Numbered from the stretch's first letter, positions 32,153 through 40,062 are shown. The stretch: DNA of 64,000 nucleotides from a virus (IMGVR_UViG_3300046526_000553:32001-96000), one strand, 5' to 3'. Program-made: numbers and translations. The notes: generated by a model not told the origin, from the sequence alone.

Positions 32153-32181
32153 TTGACATAGAGTTTTTGTTGGTGTAGTAT
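32153..32181 (+). promoter_or_regulatory. sigma70-type promoter for the large ncRNA
   Basis: TTGACA-17 nt-TAGTAT. Confidence 0.7.
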
Positions 32182-32194
32182 AAAACTTAGTTAG

Positions 32195-32594
32195 TTCTTT
32201 AAAACCTGCAATGGTCACCTAATCAGTTGCTAACACACGGCTAAGGTCATCAAATCGATTGGAAACAATTATCAATGTCAGCCCCCTTCTCGTGAGGGAA
32301 GGGTCAATAATCAAAGGCGGGTGTTGAGGGTCGAAAGACTGAGGAGATGTGCAAACCCTATCCCTTCGGGGATATTCTTAACAACGAATTGGATTGGGCG
32401 GCTCCATCTGTTCATAACTAAAGTTGTGACCAGTTAGCCGCCCACGCTTTAAGCGTAGTGTGTGAGGGTTTGTGATGCTGAAGTAGATTACTTTGTTTGC
32501 TAGACCATCTAAGCGAATCTGGGGAAACTCGGTGAAGCCTCTGGTAGGAACGGCGGCAGGATAATGGTTTCAGCCCATTGCAGGTTTTAGGGAA
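32195..32594 (+). ncRNA. ~400-nt structured ncRNA, family unassigned
   Basis: 20-bp closing helix (ttctttaaaacctgcaatgg / ccattgcaggttttagggaa), GUGA, GAAA and UUCG tetraloop hairpins, no ORF. Confidence 0.7.
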
Positions 32595-32758
32595 TTATGA
32601 AGCAGAGCTTTGTTCGCTGTTTAATATAGTAAAAACAGGAACAAAGCTGCACACAACGGTAATCGCACTACATAAATAAACGCAAGATTTTCACCGTCTA
32701 AAGATGAATAAAACCAATGCCACTATAGCTAGTACTATAAGAATTGTTAAAAGCACTA

Positions 32759-32941
32759 TTAACCTCTTTTGCGCCAATCAACGCTCCACCAGCTTGGAAC
32801 GAATAATTCTATAAGAAGAATTACAACACCTATCACTACTGACAGGATACCTAAATTATGAGCACTCACTGTTATCCAAGTTGCCCAGACAGCCCCGATA
32901 AAGATGGCCCAGAGGGCAAGAATCACCACGGATACTCTCAT
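32759..32941 (-). CDS. small two-TM membrane protein
   Basis: Two hydrophobic stretches and an AAGGAG RBS. Confidence 0.6.
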   Translation of the reverse strand: MRVSVVILALWAIFIGAVWATWITVSAHNLGILSVVIGVVILLIELFVPSWWSVDWRKRG

Positions 32942-33263
32942 TTGATAATCTCCTTTAATTTATAATTTACTATCACATTATAACACCACTATAATTTGTT
33001 TGTGTATAGTATTGCACACGGTTTAGCCATGTGCTACAATCGGGTTAATGTTCAGAAGCAGGAAGGACTGAGCGTTGACCATTAACAAATTATAAAACAA
33101 ACTCGGACGGCAGGGCGGTTGTCCGAGGATAAACAAAGCCCCGCAGAGCGGTTGGCATTAGCCAGAGCTGAGAAACGGGGAAGGATTCCGTTTATGATGG
33201 AATACTCGCCACGGGTAAGATAAGCGATTCAATAACAACGAATAAGAGAAGGAGAAACCTTTC

Positions 33264-34106
33264 ATGGGTAAGATAAGCAAACTTGCTTTGCAAGTAGGTA
33301 CTTCCGTATTTGCAGTTGCAGCTATCACAACAGGTGCAGTTGCTGCTACAGCACCGTCACAAGGATGGCAGTTCAATAATAGTAAACAAGATAACTATAA
33401 GAGTGATAATCACAGTAGCGATAATCATAATAAAGATAATAATCGCAACGACAATAACAATGGTCGTAACGATAACAAAGACTATAATAAGGATGAGCAT
33501 AAATCTAACAAGGTTTATACCTCAAGCTACACGTATAAAAACGACAATCATAGTAGTAGTTATGACAAACATAGCTATAAAGTAACTAGCTATCACAAGA
33601 GCAAACATGATAGTAACTGTGGTTGCAGCACCAATGATAGCCACGGGTATAATAAATTTGGCTTTGACAAATATGGGTTCAATCGTCAAGGTTACGACAA
33701 GCATGGCTTCAACCGCTATGGGTTCGATTGCTACGGGTTTAATCGTCAGGGTTTTGATAAAAACGGATATAATAAGAGTGGTTACGATAAAGACGGATAT
33801 AGCCACCAAGGCTTTGACAAATATGGGTTCAATAAAGATGGCTATGATTGCAATGGTTACGGCCGCGATGGGTATAATAAGCAAGGCTACAATAAAAATG
33901 GCTGCGACAAATACGGTCGGTCAAAATACAACCACCGCAGTGAACACTTCAAAGAAGTTTCATACACGCACAAAGATGACAACCACAAACCTTGCCACCG
34001 GAATGATGGTGAAAAAAGCAAGAACTGGGATTCCCACAAATCTTACAACAAAGATTCTCAGTACAGTGATAACAACCAACAGGACAACTACAACAAAGTT
34101 GACTAG
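33264..34106 (+). CDS. secreted low-complexity protein with G(Y/F)(D/N)xx pentapeptide repeats
   Basis: Signal-peptide-like N-terminus and about 18 GYxx/GFxx repeats. Terminator hairpin follows at ~34121-34152. Confidence 0.75.
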   Translation: MGKISKLALQVGTSVFAVAAITTGAVAATAPSQGWQFNNSKQDNYKSDNHSSDNHNKDNNRNDNNNGRNDNKDYNKDEHKSNKVYTSSYTYKNDNHSSSYDKHSYKVTSYHKSKHDSNCGCSTNDSHGYNKFGFDKYGFNRQGYDKHGFNRYGFDCYGFNRQGFDKNGYNKSGYDKDGYSHQGFDKYGFNKDGYDCNGYGRDGYNKQGYNKNGCDKYGRSKYNHRSEHFKEVSYTHKDDNHKPCHRNDGEKSKNWDSHKSYNKDSQYSDNNQQDNYNKVD

Positions 34107-34154
34107 TTGAGACAAAACTTAAAACACCCACGGGTAATATCGTGGGTGTTTTCT

Positions 34155-34501
34155 TTATTTCCTTTTTGTACGATGATAATATTCACTTTGATATTTTGAC
34201 CAAGCTTCTGCGCATTCTTCACACCGACAACTATATTTAGTGTAGCCAGTAATTGTCCCGTGTTTAAGGTGCCAGCCCCTATCCTCTTTGGTCTTTTTCC
34301 AATGACAGTCATGGCATAATACCTGACATTTGGCTAATTCAACATCCCGTTTAGACTCAGACCAACACCACACATTATTGGACACTTTAAGTTTAGGGTC
34401 AATATGGTCAAGTTCGAGATTCTCAGTGCTACCACACCTTATACATGATTTATCAACAAACCATTCAGCTCTCTTCTTTTCTCAATGTCCTTATAAGGCA
34501 T
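34155..34501 (-). pseudogene. frameshifted HNH endonuclease
   Basis: ATG 34501 MPYKDIEK, then a -1 shift into KRAEWFVDKSCIRCGSTENLELDHIDP...CQVLCHDCH. Confidence 0.65.
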
Positions 34502-34557
34502 CCGGTTAGTATATCATACATTATGACTAATTATTAAAATAAAAAGATATATTCATA

Positions 34558-34636
34558 TGGGTCACGGGACAGGCTTCGAACCTGTAAAAATTCCACATTC
34601 AAAGTGTGGTGACTTTCCCAGTTTGTCTACCCGTGA
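34558..34636 (-). tRNA. tRNA-Gln(UUG)
   Basis: Cloverleaf, loop CTTTGAA, CCA end. Confidence 0.85.
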
Positions 34637-34639
34637 TTA

Positions 34640-34713
34640 TGGCTGGGTGAGAACGGCTCGAACGCTCATCTACTGGCTCAGAACCAGTTATTCTACCTTT
34701 AAACTATCTCCCA
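34640..34713 (-). tRNA. tRNA-Gln(CUG)
   Basis: Loop TTCTGAG, CCA end. Confidence 0.85.
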
Positions 34714-34718
34714 TTATC

Positions 34719-34804
34719 TGGTGCCAGCAGAACGATTTGCACATTCGTAGTCCTAAGACGGCTGATTTACAGTCAGCTGGGTTTGTCTGCTTCCCTATAC
34801 TGGC
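34719..34804 (-). tRNA. tRNA-Tyr(GUA)
   Basis: Loop CTGTAAA, long variable arm, CCA end. Confidence 0.85.
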
Positions 34805-34809
34805 ATAAA

Positions 34810-34886
34810 TGGCCTCTCCCCTCCGAGTTGCACGGAGACCTTCTGGGCTTCAACCAGATGTGCAGATACTGCTACACCAGAAAGAG
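34810..34886 (-). tRNA. tRNA-Phe(GAA)
   Basis: Loop TTGAAGC, CCA end. Confidence 0.8.
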
Positions 34887-34890
34887 TTGA

Positions 34891-34967
34891 TGGAGGTACC
34901 ATGACGAAATCGAACGCCACTCTCCTGGTTACAAATCAGGTGCATCGCCACTAAATGCTTTGGTACC
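34891..34967 (-). tRNA. tRNA-Thr(UGU)
   Basis: Loop TTTGTAA, CCA end. Confidence 0.85.
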
Positions 34968-34976
34968 AAGTAAACG

Positions 34977-35003
34977 AAAAAAGCTTCCTATGGAGGAAGC
35001 TTT
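34977..35003 (-). terminator. attenuator terminator of tRNA operon 1
   Basis: AAAGCTTCCT-ccat-AGGAAGCTTT followed by a U tract. Confidence 0.8.
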
Positions 35004-35032
35004 CTCGTAGAACTCATGTGAGAGTAAATACG

Positions 35033-35098
35033 TTAGCAGCTACCTCCACCAAACGGTGTGGTATATCGCTGTTGGGTAAACGTAAAATCTTTACTCAT
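35033..35098 (-). CDS. leader peptide 1, MSKDFTFTQQRYTTPFGGGSC
   Basis: ATG lies 6 nt after TTGACT-17-TACACT (35105-35133). Rich in F/T/Q/Y codons. Confidence 0.8.
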   Translation of the reverse strand: MSKDFTFTQQRYTTPFGGGSC

Positions 35099-35135
35099 AT
35101 TGATAGTGTATAGAAAATTAATTAAAAAGTCAAGT

Positions 35136-35621
35136 TCAAAAATTCGGTCTCATGATATAAGTGAGCTCAGGACTAAAATAAATGATATGACCACCGGCTA
35201 TTATTCTTTCAACCACATGTAAATCTTCATGCTTTTCGTTTTGAAATGGATATTCTAAAATAACCGAACGCCTAACACTAAACCCCACTCCAATACACCC
35301 CCATTTAACTACCTGTAATGCTGGGAATAATTGTCCCGTATGAGTAAAATATTGTTTAAAATGAACTATATCTGCAGTGGGGTGTCGTTCAATTTCATGC
35401 TTCAGGGCAGCGACATAATTCGGTAATATGATATCATCATCGTCAAGAAAACTAACCCATTCCGTGGTTACCTGGGCTATTAATTGGTTTTTAATTAAAC
35501 TCTGTCCAATATGGTCATCATCAAAACCAACAAGATACGGGTTGTCCCCGATAGAATCAATAGCTCTCTGTAATGTATCACGCCTTACTGAAGGGATAAT
35601 AAACGTGGTTATTGGTTTCAT
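35136..35621 (-). CDS. glycosyltransferase family 2 (GT-A) protein
   Basis: FIIPS..TLQRAIDSI and TEWVSFLDDDD motifs. Confidence 0.8.
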   Translation of the reverse strand: MKPITTFIIPSVRRDTLQRAIDSIGDNPYLVGFDDDHIGQSLIKNQLIAQVTTEWVSFLDDDDIILPNYVAALKHEIERHPTADIVHFKQYFTHTGQLFPALQVVKWGCIGVGFSVRRSVILEYPFQNEKHEDLHVVERIIAGGHIIYFSPELTYIMRPNF

Positions 35622-35663
35622 GTATGTTGTGAGCAAGTATACCACGGTCTATAATTATATTAA

Positions 35664-35921
35664 ATGCATTTGGTTTATGACCCTAATGAACATGATTTCT
35701 TTATTGGCGAAGTACCTTTAAAAGATTTCTATATACAAGCCAGAAAAGAATCAGGGATATCGATAAATAAACTAGAACAAATAACAACATTGGCACATCC
35801 AACTTTGAGTAATATTGAGCGTGGAAATGGTAAAAAAAGTAACAGCACAAGAGCCATGCTAGCTACATTGCCCTATTTGGGTTATAACATACTAATTATA
35901 AAACGTAACAAACCAGACTAA
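35664..35921 (+). CDS. XRE-type HTH protein
   Basis: ARKESGISINKLEQ..LAHPTLSNIERG. Confidence 0.75.
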   Translation: MHLVYDPNEHDFFIGEVPLKDFYIQARKESGISINKLEQITTLAHPTLSNIERGNGKKSNSTRAMLATLPYLGYNILIIKRNKPD

Positions 35922-36190
35922 GTTTTTATACTATTGTCTTCCAAATTAACACTAAGGTATCTTTCTTTTCCACAGTTCGCACATTTATCCACATAATATT
36001 TATGGGTACCGAATTCCCATTTTAATGCTCTCTGATAATTATGCAATTTGCCAACTTTGCCCTTACACCACTTGCGGGTATCTTTGCTATTATGAAAATG
36101 ACCACGGGTCGGTTGACTATGGTCATGCTTGAAATCCCTTTTTATAATACCGCTCGCTCTCCACGAGCTTGAATCTTTTTTAAGTCTCAT
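35918..36190 (-). CDS. basic hypothetical protein (KDTRKWCKGKVG, CxxC)
   Basis: AAGGAG RBS, coupled to the upstream small ORF. Confidence 0.6.
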   Translation of the reverse strand: MRLKKDSSSWRASGIIKRDFKHDHSQPTRGHFHNSKDTRKWCKGKVGKLHNYQRALKWEFGTHKYYVDKCANCGKERYLSVNLEDNSIKT

Positions 36191-36308
36191 ATAACTCCTT
36201 TGTTAAACGATACTTAGGCTTGATTGCAACTTTACTGTTACCTGATTTTTTATATGGTTTGCAAAGCCCGCATCCATGATAGCCAGGCTTTTTCTTATGA
36301 TGCGCCAT
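36180..36308 (-). CDS. small basic protein (42 aa, CGLCKP), not in the ORF track
   Basis: GGAGG RBS, then MAHHKKKPGYHGCGLCKPYKKSGNSKVAIKPKYRLTKELYET. Confidence 0.55.
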   Translation of the reverse strand: MAHHKKKPGYHGCGLCKPYKKSGNSKVAIKPKYRLTKELYET

Positions 36309-36383
36309 TTCACCTGCCTCCTCTCATTTAATGATATTTGGTCGAAGCTTCTGCTGCCTGAGCTGGTGAGGCTGCAGGACTTT

Positions 36384-36621
36384 TGGTGGGGAGGAGATGA
36401 ATTCCTGGTTGTCACATCTCATGACCTAGTTTTATGCGACTCTTTGGGTCTTAGGGCGTCGCACCTTGATTAGAGGCTAGCCCCCTTTAACGTCTACTTT
36501 ACCTATGTGTTATTGCTAACTAAATGGTTATGTTAACCTACGAAAATCATTTCCGGCGATTTAAACGTACCACAACCAACCACGTCGCTGCTGAGCAGCC
36601 CAGCCTTTTCCGTCACTCCCC
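36384..36621 (-). ncRNA. 238-nt RNA with tRNA-like ends (tmRNA-like candidate)
   Basis: 5' GGGGAG pairs with 3' CTCCCC-ACCA and stacks on a GAGATG/CATCTC arm. Own promoter (TTGAAA..TGGTG-TATAAT) lies just upstream. Confidence 0.55.
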
Positions 36622-36659
36622 ATTAGCATTATACACCATCGTAAATATATTTCAAGATA

Positions 36660-36733
36660 TGGAGCCGCCGACAGGAATTGAACCTGCTTTATCAGTTTTG
36701 CAAACTGTTCGCTTGCCATCTGCGTCCAGCGGC
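36660..36733 (-). tRNA. tRNA-Cys(GCA)
   Basis: Loop TTGCAAA, U73, CCA end. Confidence 0.85.
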
Positions 36734-36736
36734 TTA

Positions 36737-36822
36737 TGGCGGTAGATTGACATCCCGACTGTCATACCTTTCGGCACCATCCGTTTAGCAAACGGAGCCA
36801 GCTCCCAGCTGGTTAATCTACC
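36737..36822 (-). tRNA. tRNA-Ser(GCU)
   Basis: Loop TTGCTAA, long variable arm, atypical T loop. Confidence 0.8.
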
Positions 36823-36825
36823 CTG

Positions 36826-36911
36826 TGGAGGAGAGCCAGAGACTCGCACTCTGAAGCCTGTCACAGCCATTTGTTTTCAAAACAAATTCCTCATCTAGCC
36901 GGATACTCTCC
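36826..36911 (-). tRNA. tRNA-Ser(UGA)
   Basis: Loop TTTGAAA, long variable arm, CCA end. Confidence 0.8.
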
Positions 36912-36914
36912 ATA

Positions 36915-37166
36915 TTATTCATGTTTTTTCCTTCTACCTGTACGCCAGCGCCATTCATTTGTAATATCGGCATTTGCCCTTCTACACAAATCGCATCGGC
37001 ACTTATAGTAATCATATCCTTGTTTTGTACCATGCTTAAGCCCATAACCCATATCTCGTCTGGTTTTTTCAGCGTGGCATTCATGGCAAAGAATCTGACA
37101 TTTAGCAAGTTCAGCTTCCTTCCGTTCCTTCCCCCATGTCCAGATGTTATGGCTGACTTTCAGTTT
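36915..37166 (-). pseudogene. 3' remnant of an HNH gene (paralog of 34155..34501)
   Basis: KLKVSHNIWTWGKERKEAELAKCQILCHECHAEKT...LKHGT..Y.CRCDLC, with no start codon. Confidence 0.75.
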
Positions 37167-37200
37167 GGAGACAGATAGTTTACTATTAGCCTAAACCCCT
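37164..37200 (-). pseudogene. 5' half of tRNA-Trp(CCA)
   Basis: AGGGGTT-TA-GGCTAATAGTAAACT-A-TCTGT-CTCCAAA, then runs directly into the HNH remnant. Confidence 0.7.
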
Positions 37201-37207
37201 ATAAAGC

Positions 37208-37236
37208 AAAAACCGCCATTTCGGGTCGGGCGGTTT
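37208..37236 (-). terminator. attenuator terminator of tRNA operon 2
   Basis: AAACCGCC-11 nt-GGCGGTTTTT. Confidence 0.75.
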
Positions 37237-37278
37237 CGCATATGTTTTGATAGTTGTGTCAGGTACGTGAAAACATAT

Positions 37279-37341
37279 TTAGCCAACCGCTCCTTTACAG
37301 AGCCACAAACTCGATAATGATTGACTTATAACTTTTTCCAT
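37279..37341 (-). CDS. leader peptide 2, MEKVISQSLSSLWLCKGAVG
   Basis: ATG lies 6 nt after TTGACT-17-TACTAT (37348-37376). Rich in S/L/W/C codons. Confidence 0.8.
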   Translation of the reverse strand: MEKVISQSLSSLWLCKGAVG

Positions 37342-37398
37342 ATAAAAATAGTATCAAACTATACACCAGAAGTCAAGGTGCACAGCTTATTGTACAAA

Positions 37399-37755
37399 CT
37401 ATAAATCGGGCATATCCTCAACTTGTTCAATGAATTCGCCCATAAATCTCCTACTGGCATCGATTCCTTTATCAAATAAATCCATTGGAGAGGGTACGGC
37501 ATTAATCAAATGTATGCCCGTATAAATTAAACCGGCAGATAGAACGTAGCGTCCGACTTTATGCTCCATGCCACGAGTAAAGGCAGCACCCAACGTTTCC
37601 TTACCAAACACATCACAAGCCACTACATACGCTCCAAGACCGCCCCAGAATAAAGTACCTTGGTGCTCATTAGTTAGGGTATTTACCTTTTCCTTGAAGC
37701 TCATACTTATAGTATACAGCCTAAACTGGGCACCGGGGAAAGCTACATCTTCCAT
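37399..37755 (-). CDS. hypothetical membrane-associated protein
   Basis: ORF with hydrophobic stretches. True start may be MSFKEK. Confidence 0.5.
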   Translation of the reverse strand: MEDVAFPGAQFRLYTISMSFKEKVNTLTNEHQGTLFWGGLGAYVVACDVFGKETLGAAFTRGMEHKVGRYVLSAGLIYTGIHLINAVPSPMDLFDKGIDASRRFMGEFIEQVEDMPDL

Positions 37756-37822
37756 GGTGCCCTACTACAACAAAAAGAGAGACCGAATACACAGCCTCTC
37801 TTCAGGGAGTACCTAGTCTTAA

Positions 37823-38170
37823 CTAAGTTGCAGAAACGTCTCCAGCCTGGGGAGTTTCAGCTGGAGGAGTCTCTTCGGGCGGAGTTGGCTCTACTGGAGG
37901 TGTCGTGTCAGCCGGAGGAGTTGTTTCCGGTGCTGTGACAGTAAAGCCTGCAGCTGTAAGGGCATCGACAAGTGGTTGTTGACCAAATACTTCGACAAGT
38001 CCCTTAGTCTGGATAGCTTGGACGACCGCTGTTGTTACGGGGTCTTCTACTGGTGGTGGTGTCGGGACAAGATTTGCAACAGCAGTTGCTAGTGCCTGTA
38101 CATCCGCATCAACTTTGACTTCTTCTGCAAGTAAGTCTTGGACTGCTTGCTGGAACTGAGTTAAATCCAT
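37823..38170 (-). CDS. hypothetical acidic Pro-rich protein
   Basis: AGGAGA RBS, coiled N-terminus and PxET repeats. Confidence 0.65.
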   Translation of the reverse strand: MDLTQFQQAVQDLLAEEVKVDADVQALATAVANLVPTPPPVEDPVTTAVVQAIQTKGLVEVFGQQPLVDALTAAGFTVTAPETTPPADTTPPVEPTPPEETPPAETPQAGDVSAT

Positions 38171-38235
38171 TATATTTCTCCTATCTTTAAATTTCTATTT
38201 TTATTGTAACAGGGGTTTAGTATGTCTGTCAAAGA

Positions 38236-38309
38236 TGGTGAAGGCAATGGAATTCGAATCCATATTACCGGAGTGAAAATCCAGCTTCCTGCCGTTAGAA
38301 GATGCCTCC
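38236..38309 (-). tRNA. tRNA-Glu(UUC)
   Basis: Loop TTTTCAC, CCA end. Confidence 0.8.
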
Positions 38310-38312
38310 ATA

Positions 38313-38387
38313 TGGGGCGCATAAGGAGAATTGAACTCCTATTATATGATTGAGATTCATATTTCCTGTCCGTTAGAAGATATGCGC
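38313..38387 (-). tRNA. tRNA-Glu(CUC)
   Basis: Loop ATCTCAA, CCA end. Confidence 0.75.
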
Positions 38388-38391
38388 TTAT

Positions 38392-38464
38392 TGGTACCCG
38401 ATTCCGGCTCGAACGGAATCCTCTTCATGTAAAAAAGTCGCTCTGCCAATTGAGCTAATCGGGC
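38392..38464 (-). tRNA. tRNA-Val(UAC), slightly irregular
   Basis: Loop TTTACAT, canonical D arm, CCA end. Confidence 0.65.
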
Positions 38465-38468
38465 TTGA

Positions 38469-38543
38469 TGGTTAGGCATATCTGGGTCGAACAGATGACT
38501 TCACTATATAAGAGTGACATTTTGGCCGTTAAACTAATGCCTA
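38469..38543 (-). tRNA. tRNA-Ile(UAU)
   Basis: TCACT-CTTATAT-AGTGA anticodon arm, CCA end. Confidence 0.75.
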
Positions 38544-38551
38544 TTATCTTA

Positions 38552-38750
38552 GTGAGCGAGTAATGCACTTTTCCGATATTTTCCCGATTCTCTTTTTCTG
38601 GCGTCCCAGAAAGTATTACGGTCTCTTTAGGGGCATATAGGGAAGACTGTGTTGATTTCCCTTTACCCTCGACGGGTTCTTGGATTGGCTCACTACACCA
38701 ATCTTCAGCATTACACTAACCAGCGATGGAGCTAAGGGTGTTTCGCTCAC
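38552..38750 (-). ncRNA. ~200-nt structured non-tRNA RNA inside tRNA operon 3
   Basis: Closing stem GTGAGCGA/TCGCTCAC, inner GTAATGC/GCATTAC helix and several hairpins. Confidence 0.6.
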
Positions 38751-38752
38751 CT

Positions 38753-38826
38753 TGGTTGAACTGCGTGGTAATGCTCCACGGTTGGCATCTTATCAGAATG
38801 CTGTCCTACTTTTGAACGACAGTTCA
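38753..38826 (-). tRNA. tRNA-Ile(GAU)
   Basis: Loop CTGATAA, CCA end. Confidence 0.8.
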
Positions 38827-38830
38827 TTAT

Positions 38831-38907
38831 TGGAGGGTCTGGGGGTACTCGAAACCCCTTTAGCTGGCTTAAAAGGCCAGGGCCTCGTCCATTTCGGCAT
38901 CAGACCC
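38831..38907 (-). tRNA. tRNA-Lys(UUU)
   Basis: Loop CTTTTAA, CCA end. Confidence 0.85.
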
Positions 38908-38914
38908 ATAGGTA

Positions 38915-38990
38915 TGGTACTCTCGGCAAGATTCGAACTTGCAAAAAAGCTGTTTCGAAGACAGGTTATCACTCCGATGATTGCGAGAGC
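38915..38990 (-). tRNA. tRNA-Arg(UCG)
   Basis: Loop CTTCGAA, CCA end. Confidence 0.75.
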
Positions 38991-38991
38991 T

Positions 38992-39064
38992 TGGTTCCGC
39001 TGTTTGGACTTTAACCAAAACCTTTAAGCTTAGAACACTTTTATGCTTATTACACCACAGCGGC
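38992..39064 (-). tRNA. tRNA-Arg(UCU), divergent
   Basis: Register gives AAAGT-GTTCTAA-GCTTA. Weak anticodon stem and a 1:72 mismatch. Confidence 0.55.
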
Positions 39065-39068
39065 AAAT

Positions 39069-39143
39069 TGGAGGGCTTGGAGGGACTCGAACCCACTTAA
39101 GCTTATTTAAGAGATAAGTACCTAACCGTTCGGCATCAAGCCC
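39069..39143 (-). tRNA. tRNA-Lys(CUU)
   Basis: Loop CTCTTAA, CCA end. Confidence 0.85.
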
Positions 39144-39149
39144 GTTACA

Positions 39150-39608
39150 TTAAATATGTTTCCATGTATCTCGATTTAAGACATGCGTTATCGTTTTACC
39201 ATTTAAGCCGTATTCTCTAGAGAGCCTACGCCATCCTATACCAGTTTCTTTATGGCGTCTCCTTATTTCTAATACTTGTTCTGTGGTAAGCTTACTTGCA
39301 TGATGCTTCTCCCCAAAGCTACGTTCAAGGGGGATAAACTTACGCCCTTTTTGTAAAGCATCTACAAGATTATCACTGTAAGTCCCCAGCCACAAATGTT
39401 CAGGATTAACGCATAATCGGACATCACAGGTATGGCAGACTAACATTCCTTTTGGTATTTCACCATAAGTAAGCATAAATGCTACACGATGTGAATCTAT
39501 AACTTTATCTCCAAGTCTAAAACGACCATAACCATTGCTATTTTTAGCAGCGACCCATAGAATGCATCCGCTACCAGCTATCTCAGCTTTACTCCAAAAA
39601 CGTTGCAT
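39150..39608 (-). CDS. HNH endonuclease inserted in tRNA operon 3
   Basis: CILW..NGYG..HRVAF..VCHTCDVRLCVNPEHLWLGT..N motif. Confidence 0.9.
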   Translation of the reverse strand: MQRFWSKAEIAGSGCILWVAAKNSNGYGRFRLGDKVIDSHRVAFMLTYGEIPKGMLVCHTCDVRLCVNPEHLWLGTYSDNLVDALQKGRKFIPLERSFGEKHHASKLTTEQVLEIRRRHKETGIGWRRLSREYGLNGKTITHVLNRDTWKHI

Positions 39609-39650
39609 CGGTTTAGTATACCATGCACACACTTTGATTGTCAAGATACA

Positions 39651-39724
39651 TGGCTGGCACGGCCAGATTCAAACTGGCATTTTTCGGGTAACAACCGAGA
39701 GTCCTATCATTGGACGACACGCCA
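39651..39724 (-). tRNA. tRNA-Asn(GUU)
   Basis: Loop TTGTTAC, CCA end. Confidence 0.8.
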
Positions 39725-39742
39725 ATATTGTTAAAGTGCTTA

Positions 39743-39816
39743 TGGTACGGGTAGTCGGATTCAAACCGACGAGTCCAACTTGGAAGGATGGCAGTTTATC
39801 ACTAGCTTATACCCGT
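39743..39816 (-). tRNA. tRNA-Gly(UCC)
   Basis: Loop CTTCCAA, CCA end. Confidence 0.85.
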
Positions 39817-39821
39817 GTATT

Positions 39822-39897
39822 TGGTCGCGATAGACGGCAATTGCAGCCGTTCCTTAGACTTCACAGGTCTATGTGCTCCTACTTACACCACTACGCG
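39822..39897 (-). tRNA. tRNA-His(GUG)
   Basis: TAGAC-CTGTGAA-GTCTA anticodon arm, CCA end. Confidence 0.75.
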
Positions 39898-39904
39898 TGT
39901 ATTT

Positions 39905-39978
39905 TGGTGGAGAATAACGGTTATGCTCCGTTGTCTACTGCTTGCAAAGCAATTAGTCTACTATTGACCTAATTCCCC
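39905..39978 (-). tRNA. tRNA-Ala(UGC)
   Basis: Loop TTTGCAA, G3-U70, CCA end. Confidence 0.85.
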
Positions 39979-39981
39979 TTG

Positions 39982-40058
39982 TGGTGCCAGGTTTGAGTAT
40001 TGCACTCAACTTATACTAGTTTATGAGGCTAGCAAGAACTCTATGCCTTCCACCTGGT
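39982..40058 (-). tRNA. tRNA-Met(CAU)
   Basis: Loop CTCATAA, 1:72 mismatch, CCA end. Confidence 0.7.
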
Positions 40059-40062
40059 ATAT

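Noticed and set aside
38992-39064. Amber suppressor tRNA (CUA)
   Set aside because: The cloverleaf register and stem pairing favour UCU (Arg). TAG is used as a normal stop in the window.
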